Assembly (NCBI GenBank): GCA_041484665.1
Contig: JBGPIA010000020.1
Coordinates: 1-64,000, forward strand
DNA length: 64,000 nt
Direction of reading: 5' to 3'
Origin: Candidatus Krumholzibacteriia bacterium
GTDB lineage: Bacteria; Krumholzibacteriota; Krumholzibacteriia; JAJRXK01
The notes beneath the pieces were generated by a model that was not told where the DNA came from, made no database searches, and was given only the letters and a program-made list of their open reading frames with translations. Made by a program: the position numbers and the translations under genes. Below are positions 35,931 through 45,057 of this stretch, in pieces (position 1 is the first letter of the stretch; the number at the start of each line of letters is the position of its first letter).

Positions 35931-37052
35931 GGAGTCACTCCTTTTCTGTGTCTGAATCTCGTCAGTTCCGGAACCCAACGAGCCGAGCCCCAGGGTGTGC
36001 GCCGACGGCGTACGGCCGAAGACGTTCATCCGCGTGCCCCATCCGGCTCTGCCGGAAGCGGGCCCTCGCCGCTGCAGCGGGCGAGACGGTGGCACGCCTC
36101 CCGACCGAGCCCCGAAGTCCGCGCAACCAATTGAAGGCTAACCCATTGGGCTGGTCCGTACAACTCCAATGCTGTGACGCCTGCGGGCGATTGGCAAGGT
36201 AGGGAGGTGTGAGGTCCGATCGGAGCATCGGCGCCGAGCTGGGTAGGCACGAGGGGCGCGCGGAGCGCGGGAAGTCTGAGCGACCACGAGCGCCATACGA
36301 ACGCCAGCCGCCCGCCACGCTTAGAGCGGCGCTGGGGGACCGGCTTGATCGCCCGCCGCTCGCGCACGATCGGCGGCGGTCGGACGTTGAAAGTGGTACG
36401 CATCCGCACCGTTCGCATCGCCGCGGGACGACGTGGACGGCCCACCCACATCGGGGAGCGCAGCAGCCTGGCCCGACCGCGCGCGCTGCGGATCAGCGCG
36501 CGCAGGTCCGATTGTACGGAGGCTTCGCCGCGGACGATCGCTCCGAAGGGACGGGCGAGTGGGACTCCGCGGCACTGACCAGCTGTACCACCGCCTGCTG
36601 CTCGCTGTGCTGCGGCGGGAGCAGCGTCTGTCGGCGGAGTTCCACCATGCGTTGCTGGGTTGGGTGCACGCGGGCTTCTCACTGCACGTCGGCCTTACCG
36701 ATCATGCGCGACGACACGGCGAGCCTGGAGCATGGGCCCGAGCGCAGGGAGTTGTTTCTGGCACCTGGCGGCGACACCGCACGGGCTTTGTGGGTCGAGG
36801 CAACCTTCAACCCAGTGCATTTGACAGCTAAGCGACCCACCAAATTATCGAACAAAAGGAGTAAACAAGTAGGCGCTGTGGTCGAACTACATTGTTTTCT
36901 CTTTATTTACGCCTGATTCCGGGACGGAATTCACCGACGCCCGCCAGACACGCTCCGGGCGGGTGAGGAGGTCCCTCACCTAATCCGCTTCCCGGCCCAG
37001 TTCCTCACCTTCGCCGCGGGTCCGCCCACCGCCGCCTGCCGGCCGCCGCCGT

Positions 37053-38366
37053 CTACCCCACCACCCGCCCCACGATCTCCGCAAGATCGGGCTTGGAGGT
37101 CTCCTCCAGCTCGTAGGTCACGCGCGTGTGGGGCTTATCGATCTTCACCACCCGTGCCAGATCGATGGGAGTGCCCACCACCACGCTGTCGCACTCGCAG
37201 CGCTCGATGGTCTCCTGCAGGTCCTTGATCTGCTGATCGCCGTAGCCCATGGCCGGCAAGAGCGTGCCGATACCCGGGTAGTGGCGGAAGGTCTCGGCGA
37301 TCGTCCCCACGATCCACGGCCGCGGGTCCACGATCTCCGCGGCGCCGAACCGGCGCGCGGCGAGGATCCCCGCCCCGAACTTCATCCCCCCGTGGGTGAG
37401 CGTCGGCCCGTCCTCGACCACCAGCACGCGCTTTCCGCGGATCAGCTCGGGCCGCGCCACGCTCAGCGGGCTGTTGGCATAGACCACCGTCGCGCGCGGG
37501 TTGTGACGGCGGACGTTCTCCTCGATGAGTTTCACGTCCTTGGGATCGGCCGAGTCCATCTTGTTGAACAGGATCACGTCGGCCATCTCGAAGTTCTCGC
37601 GCCCGGGGTAGTAGCTCAGCTCGTGGCCGGCTCGGTGCGGATCGACGATGGTGACGTGCAGGTCGGGCTTGTAGAACGGCGTGTCGTTGTTGCCGCCGTC
37701 CCACAGGATCACGTCTGCCTCCTGCTCGGCCGCGCGCAGGATCGCCTCGTAGTCCACGCCGGCGTACACCACGAAGCCGTTGGCGATGTGCGGCTCGTAC
37801 TCCTCCATCTCCTCGATCGTGCAGCGGTGCAGGCGCAGATCATCGAGGCTGGCGAAGCGCTGCAGGCGCTGCCGCGACAGATCGCCGTACGGCATGGGAT
37901 GCCGCACCGCGACGACCTGCTTGCCAAGATCGCGCAGGATGCGGCTGACGCGCCGCGTCGTTTGGCTCTTGCCGCAGCCCGTGCGCACGGCGCAGATGGC
38001 GATTACCGGCTTGCTGCTGGGTAGCATGGTCGGCGCGACCGGCGCTGTCTCGAAAGTCGCGCCGGCCGTCTCGGCGAGGCTCCGGCGCTGCTGCACGTAG
38101 TCGTAGCTCACGTCGCTGTAGGCGAACACGACGTGATCGACGCGCTCACGCCGGATCACGTCCTGGAGCTTCTCCTCGGGCTCGATGGGAATGCCTTGCG
38201 GGTAACCCGGACCCGCGAGATCCGGCGGATAGCGCCGGCCGTCGATCCCCGGGATCTGGGTGGCGGTGAAGGCGGCGACGCGAACGTCACCGTGCCCGCG
38301 ATAGATCGTGTTGAACACGTGGAAGTCCTTGCCGGCGGCTCCCATGATCAGAACCGTGCGCGCCAT
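37053..38366 (-). CDS. P-loop GTPase of the cyclic 2,3-diphosphoglycerate synthetase-like family
   Basis: IMGAAGKDFH, AVRTGCGKS, RHPMPYGDL, WDGGNND, VEDGPTLTHG. Confidence 0.88.
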   Translation of the reverse strand: MARTVLIMGAAGKDFHVFNTIYRGHGDVRVAAFTATQIPGIDGRRYPPDLAGPGYPQGIPIEPEEKLQDVIRRERVDHVVFAYSDVSYDYVQQRRSLAETAGATFETAPVAPTMLPSSKPVIAICAVRTGCGKSQTTRRVSRILRDLGKQVVAVRHPMPYGDLSRQRLQRFASLDDLRLHRCTIEEMEEYEPHIANGFVVYAGVDYEAILRAAEQEADVILWDGGNNDTPFYKPDLHVTIVDPHRAGHELSYYPGRENFEMADVILFNKMDSADPKDVKLIEENVRRHNPRATVVYANSPLSVARPELIRGKRVLVVEDGPTLTHGGMKFGAGILAARRFGAAEIVDPRPWIVGTIAETFRHYPGIGTLLPAMGYGDQQIKDLQETIERCECDSVVVGTPIDLARVVKIDKPHTRVTYELEETSKPDLAEIVGRVVG

Positions 38367-38650
38367 GGTGGTTCCTCGTCGTCGCATTCGCGCTCTGCTG
38401 CGCTCGCAGCCTGCTGCGCTCGCGCGCGGCGGACCGCTGCCTGGGCTGCCCACCGCGTGGACTGCGCCCGTGCTGCGTCCGCGCGGCGTCCGCGCCGGCG
38501 CTTGGGAACGCCCGCCTTAGTGGAGAGAGGGCGGGCTGGGGCGGGTCGTTCTGGAAACGTGAGGGGGCGGGGACCCGCGTCACCCGCCCCCCAACAAGGC
38601 TAGTCAGCGTGCAAGCGGCGTGTCAACCCGACCTGGCGGCCGGCGTCCCG

Positions 38651-39109
38651 TTACGCGATGCCCTTCTTCGCTTGCGGCTGCGGCAGCGGCTGTGGCAGCG
38701 GTGGCTGATAGCCGGGCGCCGCCGTGGACACGCGCTGCTCCAGCGCGCGCTCCTTGCTGCCCATCGAGCAGTTGCCCTCGAAGAAGACGCCCTCGTCAAT
38801 GACGAGCCGGCGCGTGCGGATGTCGCCCTCGAGGTGGCTGCCGCTCTGCAACTCGATCTTGTTCTCGGCGGTGACGTTGCCGACGACCTTGCCGCCGATG
38901 GTGGCGTTCTTGGCGATGATATCGGCACGCACCACGCCTGTCTTGCCCACCACGAGGTTCTCTGGGTTGCGGATCGCGCCCTCGAACTCGCCCTCGACGC
39001 GGAAGGTGCCCTGGATGTCCACCTCCCCTTTGAATTTGCACCCCTGTGCGAGAATGGAGGTCGCCCGCGGGTCGACCGGAGCGCTGGTCTCGGTTTCCTT
39101 TCCGAACAT
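38651..39109 (-). CDS. Bactofilin (polymer-forming cytoskeletal protein)
   Basis: G.F.GE...G..RVEGEFEG, GKV.GNV.A..KIEL, GDI..RLVIDEG.FFEG.C.M. Confidence 0.93.
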   Translation of the reverse strand: MFGKETETSAPVDPRATSILAQGCKFKGEVDIQGTFRVEGEFEGAIRNPENLVVGKTGVVRADIIAKNATIGGKVVGNVTAENKIELQSGSHLEGDIRTRRLVIDEGVFFEGNCSMGSKERALEQRVSTAAPGYQPPLPQPLPQPQAKKGIA

Positions 39110-39139
39110 GTGCGTTCCTCCTCGTGCGGCGCTTGGCCG

Positions 39140-39940
39140 CTAGCGGGGGGTCAGGTATCGGCGCGGGTCCACGGGCATCCCGTCGACCCGAACCTCGAAG
39201 TGCAGGTGGGGGGCACTGCTCTTGCCGGTATTTCCCAACAGTGCGATCACCTGGTCGCGGTCCACGACCTGCCCCGGCGACACCAGCAGCCGCGCGGTGT
39301 GGCCGTACATCGTCGTGAAGCCGAACCCGTGATCGATCACGATGTAGTTCCCGAGTGTCTCGTCCCAGCCAGCCTCCGTCACTCGACCGCGTCCCGCGGC
39401 CTTCACCGGCGTCTCCACCGGAGCCACCAGGTCCAGTCCAGGATGCGCCGGTTGCCCTTCGGACTCCTCCTGGAAGAACTCCTTGGAGATGTATCCGTCG
39501 ACCGGCCAGCTCTGTGGCGAGAAGGCGCGCAGCGATTCGGCCGCCTTCGCATGCTCCAGGCCCATCAGCTCGGGCGGTGTGGTCGTCCACGGTGCCGCCG
39601 CGTCCGCGCCATCCTGTTGTGCCTGGCGCGCCGAGACGTCCACCCCCAGCATCGTCAGCACCTGGCCCCGCAGGGCCGTCAGCCGGTCGAGCTCGTGCCG
39701 CAGCCGGTCCACCTGCGTCACCTGCTCGCGCAGGCTGGCATTCTCCGTCTCCAACGTGCTGACCCGCCTCGACCGGACGAGCACCCTGGAGTACGTCGTC
39801 ACGAAGACGGTCATCACGACCAAGTGCAGCACCACGAGCGAAGCGCCCAGTACCAGCAGGCGTCGGCTCACGCGGAACTGCCGGGTGGCGCCATGGTCAC
39901 CCGGCATGACGATGATGTTGTAGAACTTCGAAGCCGCCAT
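39140..39940 (-). CDS. M23 family metallo-endopeptidase with N-terminal TM and coiled coil
   Basis: HPGLD, GN.IVIDH, T.YGH, GNTGKSSAPHLHFEV. Confidence 0.93.
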   Translation of the reverse strand: MAASKFYNIIVMPGDHGATRQFRVSRRLLVLGASLVVLHLVVMTVFVTTYSRVLVRSRRVSTLETENASLREQVTQVDRLRHELDRLTALRGQVLTMLGVDVSARQAQQDGADAAAPWTTTPPELMGLEHAKAAESLRAFSPQSWPVDGYISKEFFQEESEGQPAHPGLDLVAPVETPVKAAGRGRVTEAGWDETLGNYIVIDHGFGFTTMYGHTARLLVSPGQVVDRDQVIALLGNTGKSSAPHLHFEVRVDGMPVDPRRYLTPR

Positions 39941-40019
39941 GCGCGGTCAGTCTCCCGTCCCACCCTAGGCGCGTCAAGCGCGCAAGCTCCGCCGGCGGTC
40001 ATCGCCCCGTGCATGATTC

Positions 40020-40116
40020 TGGGGACAAGTGGTGGACAACTCGGAACTCCGCGCGCGGAATCTCTAACTTAGTTCCTTGCGCCACAACCTGTTGCATTCG
40101 GCAGCCCTTGTCCACA
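40020..40116. promoter_or_regulatory. Cluster of three DnaA-box-like 9-mers
   Basis: TGGGGACAA 40020, GGTGGACAA 40031, TTGTCCACA 40108. Confidence 0.45.
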
Positions 40117-40209
40117 GCAGCCGGGACGGGCTGCGCGAGGCGTATCGGAGGGCGTGTGCGTGCGGCCGTGACGGCGGCCGGCGCCGCGTTGGGAGACGTC
40201 GGCCGGGAC

Positions 40210-41124
40210 TCAGAGCTGGGCCGAGATCCCCATCGCCTCCAGCAGACGTTCGAGCTCGGCGTCCGAGAAGAACTGCACCTCAATGCGACCGCGCCGCCCG
40301 CGGCGGCGGATCGCGACGGGGGCGCCAAGATGATGCTCGAGCCGCCGCTCCAGCTCGCGCACCGCGGCATGATCGGGTTCGCGCGGAGCGCCGCGCCGGC
40401 CAGCGCGCGGACGGATCTGCGGCGTCGAGACGGTGCGCTGCACGAGGCGCTCGAGCGCGCGGACCGAGAGTCCCTCCTTCGCCGCCTCGCGGGCAAGGCG
40501 CACCCGCGCGGCCGTATCCTCGAGCGCCAAGAGCGAGCGGGCGTGTCCCATCATGAGCGAGCCGTCCAGGATCATCTCCTGGAGGCTCGATTCCAAACTC
40601 AGCAGCCGCAGGGTGTTGGTGATCGTGCTGCGGTTCTTGCCGAGCATGTCGGCGAGCTCCTGGTGGGTGGCTCCGTAAGTCTCCATCAGCGATTTGTAGG
40701 CTTCTGCTTCCTCGATGGCGTTGAGGTCCTCGCGCTGGATGTTCTCCAGGAGCGCGGCGCGCAGCGACTCCGCCTCCTCCATCGTGCAGATGAGGGCCGG
40801 GATGCGGCCGTGACCGGCGAGTTTCGCCGCCCGCAGCCTTCGCTCCCCGGCAATCAGCTGGAAGCCTGAGCCGACCCGGCGCACCAGGACGGGCTGGAGT
40901 ACTCCGTTGCGCCGGATCGAGGCGGCGAGCTCTTGTAGTCCCTCTTCCTCGAAGGACTTGCGTGGTTGGCGGGGGTTGGGCGCCAAGCGCTCGACCTCCA
41001 GCATCACCGCCTCGCGGTCACCGAGCATTACCGCAGCGGGGCGCGCGTCAGTCGCCACGGGTTGTGGGGCGACGGCGTCCCCGATCAGCGCCGAGAGGCC
41101 TCTACCCAACGCGCGCTTCGTCAT
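40210..41124 (-). CDS. parB: Chromosome partitioning protein ParB
   Basis: LGRGLSAL, PNPRQPRK.F, LIAGERRLRA, ENIQREDLN.IEEA, HTH with KNRSTITN.LRLL. Confidence 0.97.
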   Translation of the reverse strand: MTKRALGRGLSALIGDAVAPQPVATDARPAAVMLGDREAVMLEVERLAPNPRQPRKSFEEEGLQELAASIRRNGVLQPVLVRRVGSGFQLIAGERRLRAAKLAGHGRIPALICTMEEAESLRAALLENIQREDLNAIEEAEAYKSLMETYGATHQELADMLGKNRSTITNTLRLLSLESSLQEMILDGSLMMGHARSLLALEDTAARVRLAREAAKEGLSVRALERLVQRTVSTPQIRPRAGRRGAPREPDHAAVRELERRLEHHLGAPVAIRRRGRRGRIEVQFFSDAELERLLEAMGISAQL

Positions 41125-41878
41125 GCTGGATGACCTCCTCTGCAAGCTTCAGATAGCACTGGGAGCCTCGGCTCTCCACGTCGTGCAGGATCACGGGTTT
41201 GCCGAAGCTGGGGCTCTCGCCCAGGGTGACGTTGCGGGGAATGACCGTCTTGTAGACCGTTCCGCCGAAGTAGTCGTTGGCCTCCTTCGCCACCTGATTG
41301 CTCAGGTTCAGCCGCCGGTCGTACATCGTGAGCAGGACCCCTTCGATGCGCAGCTGGGGATTGAGCCGTTGCTGCACGAGGTGGATCGTGTTGAGCAGCT
41401 GGCTGAGCCCCTCCAGCGCGTAGTACTCGCACTGGATCGGGATCAGCACCGTCTGGGCGGCCGTCAGCGCATTGAGCGTGAGCAACCCCAGGCTCGGTGG
41501 CGTATCGAGGAGGATGTAGTCGAACTCGCCGCGCAGGGGCGTGAGTGCCCGTGCGAGGAAGCCTTCACGGCCGTCCTCCGTGACGAGCTCGATCTCGGCG
41601 CCGGCGAGGCGCTGGTCCGAAGGAATCACCGTAAGGAACGGGATCTCCGTTCGCTGCATGGCCTCCCGGGGCGGGACGATCCCGAGCAGCACCTCATAGC
41701 TGGTGTACTGGTCGGGGCTCTTCTTCAGGCCGGATCCGCTGGTCGCGTTGCCTTGCGGGTCGAAGTCCACCAACAGCACGCGCTTCTCGGCTACGGCGAG
41801 GCTGGCCGCGAGGTTGACGGCTGTCGTCGTTTTGCCCACCCCGCCCTTTTGGTTCGAGATGGAGATGATGCGTCCCAT
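41102..41878 (-). CDS. parA: Chromosome partitioning ATPase ParA/Soj
   Basis: NQKGGVGKTTT, DFDPQGNAT, DTPPSLG, QCEYYALEG. Confidence 0.97.
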   Translation of the reverse strand: MGRIISISNQKGGVGKTTTAVNLAASLAVAEKRVLLVDFDPQGNATSGSGLKKSPDQYTSYEVLLGIVPPREAMQRTEIPFLTVIPSDQRLAGAEIELVTEDGREGFLARALTPLRGEFDYILLDTPPSLGLLTLNALTAAQTVLIPIQCEYYALEGLSQLLNTIHLVQQRLNPQLRIEGVLLTMYDRRLNLSNQVAKEANDYFGGTVYKTVIPRNVTLGESPSFGKPVILHDVESRGSQCYLKLAEEVIQHDEARVG

Positions 41879-42200
41879 TGCGCTCTCCGCGGAGGCGTTG
41901 GGTGCGGAGTTGACCGCCATTTCCTGCAAGGGGCACCAGACCTTTTCGAGATTCGGTCGTGGTAGGACCGCTGGGCGTGCGGGCGCAGGAGCTGGCGCAT
42001 TCGAGCACAAGAGCGCAGCGCGCCGCAAGCATATTCACGGTGCGCGGCAGAACGTCAGCCCAGCACGCTGGGTTTCGGGAGATCAGGCGCCGTCCGCGCG
42101 CGTTGGCGGACCGCCGGCAGGCAGCCCGTTCATGGCCGGTGGGCATCGGGAGGGCAATGGGGCGGCGCCGGGCGAGCGCGCGGGGGGGTAGTTTGCTCGA

Positions 42201-43067
42201 TGTTCCACGTGGAACGTCCGCGATTGGATCCCGGCGGGCACGGGCGGAGTCGAAATGTTCCACGTGGAACCTCGGTGGCTCGGCACGGGGGCCACGGGCG
42301 TGATCGACATGTTCCACGTGGAACGTGGACAGCCGCTCCCGATCGGTGCGTCTGCATCCGATGTGTTCCACGTGGAACGTCGGCGGCCGCTCCCGACCGA
42401 TATGCCGGCCCCCCCACGTTCCACGTGGAACATGTCGTGGCCGGCCGGGGTGGGCTTGGGGGAGGGCCTGCCTGCCCGCGGTGTCGCTGGGCGGTTGTCG
42501 ACTCGCCCGCAGGCTCTCGACCCGCCAGCAGCTTGGCCGGTCTGATCAGCGCACGGTGGGAGTGGGTGACGCTGAGTTCTGCGCTGACGGCACGGGGGGG
42601 CCGCCGAGTGCCGGGCAGTTCGGTTTGTTCCACGTGGAACATTGCGGGGTCGGCCGGGGCGGCCTTGGCGGCGGGCCCGGAGGTGGGCACAGGGGCCGCG
42701 GGATGATGTTCCACGTGGAACGTGGTTGATCGCGTCGGCGCGCGGGGAGGGGGTCGGATGGCCCATCGCGCCATGTCTGGCACGGGCCACCTCTGCCCGG
42801 GCGGTGCCCGCCGAGTCGGGATGTTCCACGTGGAACGTTCTCGATCCACACGGACCACCGGCGCCCACGCCGTGCGCCCTGGGTCCGGGACGGTGGTCAC
42901 GCTGCGCTGGCCAAAGCCTCCCCGTCCCCACGCATCGGTCCCAGCAGGCGGGTGTTCCACGTGAAACATCGGCAGCGCTTCGTCTGCGTAGCAGATCCGA
43001 CCCTGGCGTGCTGATGCGAAGCCAGCGCATCCTCCACCCCGATGGCGACCATGTTCCACGTGGAACA
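42201..43067. repeat. Array of 10 parS centromere palindromes
   Basis: TGTTCCACGTGGAAC(A/G/C)-type 16-mers at 42201, 42256, 42310, 42364, 42417, 42626, 42707, 42822, 42953 and 43052; match the parS consensus TGTTNCACGTGAAACA; directly upstream of parA. Confidence 0.93.
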
Positions 43068-43105
43068 TCGCGGGTCCCTGCAAAACTCCGGATCCCCGTG
43101 CGCGC

Positions 43106-43747
43106 CTACACCGCCTCGAACAGGGTGAGCGCGGCGATCGGTGCGTTCGTCGCTGGGTCGGTCAACGGCAGCGTCCCGGCCGGGGCCCAGCCCGTAAGCT
43201 CATGCTGTAAGGCGATGTCCGCCCTCTCGTCCGACCGCTGGAACAGGACCGCATGGCCGTTAGGGCAGAGGAATGGGCGTGCCAGCTTCAGGGCTGCTGC
43301 CGGCTTCGCGACGGCCTTCAGGCAGACGTAGCGGTATCGGCCCGCCTGCTCGGTGTCCGCCGCCCAAACGCGTGCGTCCCCCTCGAGCACAGCCACCCGC
43401 GTCAGACCCAACGCTGCGACCTCGCGCCGGAGAAAGTCGCAACGCCCCACCCGGCGCTCCAGGAGTCCGACGTCCGTTGCGGGGTGCACGAGCGCGATCG
43501 GGACCCCTGGGATTCCAGCGCCTGATCCCAGATCCAGGATCCGATCCGATTCTTCCAAAGGGAGAGCGACTCCAGCAGCGACACCCTCCAACAGGAGGCG
43601 TTCGACCGCATCGTTGTCCAGCGCGCGGCTCACGAGATTGCGCGCGCGGTTGAAAAGGAGAATGTCATCCCGGTAGCGTTGCATCAGCGGCAGGAGATGT
43701 CCCAGGTCCCACGAATCGAGTGCGCCACTGCGGAAGCCCGATATCAT
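43106..43747 (-). CDS. rsmG: 16S rRNA m7G527 methyltransferase
   Basis: FN...NLVSR, ILDLGSGAGIPGVP; conserved position before parA. Confidence 0.85.
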   Translation of the reverse strand: MISGFRSGALDSWDLGHLLPLMQRYRDDILLFNRARNLVSRALDNDAVERLLLEGVAAGVALPLEESDRILDLGSGAGIPGVPIALVHPATDVGLLERRVGRCDFLRREVAALGLTRVAVLEGDARVWAADTEQAGRYRYVCLKAVAKPAAALKLARPFLCPNGHAVLFQRSDERADIALQHELTGWAPAGTLPLTDPATNAPIAALTLFEAV

Positions 43748-44065
43748 GGGATAGTACTGAAGTGTGGAAGAGCCGAATCGTTGCGGAACCCCTGTGGTGC
43801 TTTCAAATACATCGGTAAGACTAGATACATCAATAATAGTGGATATGTAAGTGTCTGCTGTAGCTCCATGCGCGGTTGCCCCCGCCCATCGCGCCGCGGT
43901 TCCCAGAATTCGGCACCCGCGGCACCACCGCTGCCGGAGCTCCGCCGAGAAACCCGTTTTAAGCTAAGCCGCGTGGCAAGACACGGAGTGCCGCGAGGCC
44001 AGGCAGCTTTCAGGGCCACAACCGTCAGTCGATCGATCCAGGAAGCCGACCGTTCCCCGAACCAG

Positions 44066-44956
44066 TCATTCTGTCTTGCGGGTGATGACGATGTGGCGGC
44101 GCGCACCCTCACCGATCGTAAACGTCGTCAGGCCATCGATCGATTGGATCGCCAGATGGACGACACGGCGATCCCTCGGATTCATCGGATCGAGATGAAT
44201 TTCTTGCCCAGTGGACTGGACCCTTTGCGCAAGCGCCAGCGCATGCTCCCGCCGGTCATTGTCTTGCCGAACACGATAGTCGTTCACATCGACTTGGAGC
44301 GGGATGCGATGACCTGCGGCCCTGGACGCCATGCGCTCGAGCAGATGCTCCAGAGCGTCGACGCCCGCTCCTCGGCGGCCGATCAGCAGCCCGGCATCTC
44401 TGTCCTCCAGATTGATCAAGACGCGCTGATACTCTCCATGCTCGAACTTCACGTCACACTGCAGAAGAGTCTCATCGAGGAGCGCCTTGACGACCCTCTC
44501 CACATGGGTATTGTCCTCCCCTTCGGGCTGATAGGCCTGCCTTGGCTTCGGCTTGGAGGGCTCGATCCCCATCGTATGGACAGAAGCTGGCGTCGCGTCT
44601 CCAAACTGCAGCATTGGCTTGGCGAACGCGCGCCGCGTGGATCCGCCAGCCGCGCGGGCGCCCCCTCCGGCCGAACCCCCACCCGTACCTACGCTCGCCG
44701 AGGGCGCCGGTAGTGGCTGCGGCGATTCGGGCAGCGATTCGGGGAGATGCCGCGCGACGTGCCCAAAGCCCTCGACGTGCCGCGTCACCCGCACCCGCGC
44801 TGGCCGTCGTTCCCAGGACCAGCCTCCGCTCTGTGGGCCGCGGTCCAGGACCTCGATGCGCGCCTGGTCGGGCTGCGCGATCCCCAGCGCGTGGAGCGCC
44901 CGGCGCGTGGCCTCCTCGATCGTCGGTGCAATGAGCTCCATGCTTTCGCGAAACAT
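44066..44956 (-). CDS. jag: Jag/KhpB (EloR) RNA-binding protein
   Basis: Jag N-domain (TIEEA..AL), KH (GLLIGRRG..DALE), R3H (PMNPRDRRVVH); follows yidC. Confidence 0.9.
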   Translation of the reverse strand: MFRESMELIAPTIEEATRRALHALGIAQPDQARIEVLDRGPQSGGWSWERRPARVRVTRHVEGFGHVARHLPESLPESPQPLPAPSASVGTGGGSAGGGARAAGGSTRRAFAKPMLQFGDATPASVHTMGIEPSKPKPRQAYQPEGEDNTHVERVVKALLDETLLQCDVKFEHGEYQRVLINLEDRDAGLLIGRRGAGVDALEHLLERMASRAAGHRIPLQVDVNDYRVRQDNDRREHALALAQRVQSTGQEIHLDPMNPRDRRVVHLAIQSIDGLTTFTIGEGARRHIVITRKTE

Positions 44957-45057
44957 AGGTGTCTCTCCCGGTCGGCTTTCCTGGTCGCGGACTCGACGCC
45001 CGCGCGGTGGCTTGGTGCGCAGGTCCCCTCGGGTCCGCAGTCTCGACGCCCGCGCGG

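Noticed and set aside
42201..42432. CRISPR-like array (regular palindromic repeats with ~38-nt unique spacers)
   Set aside because: The repeat is only 16 bp and equals parS, later spacing is irregular, there are no cas genes, and it is adjacent to parAB.
42083..43331. ORFs with repeated MFHVEH / CSTWN / VPRGT peptides
   Set aside because: These are translations of the parS palindrome in different frames, not proteins.
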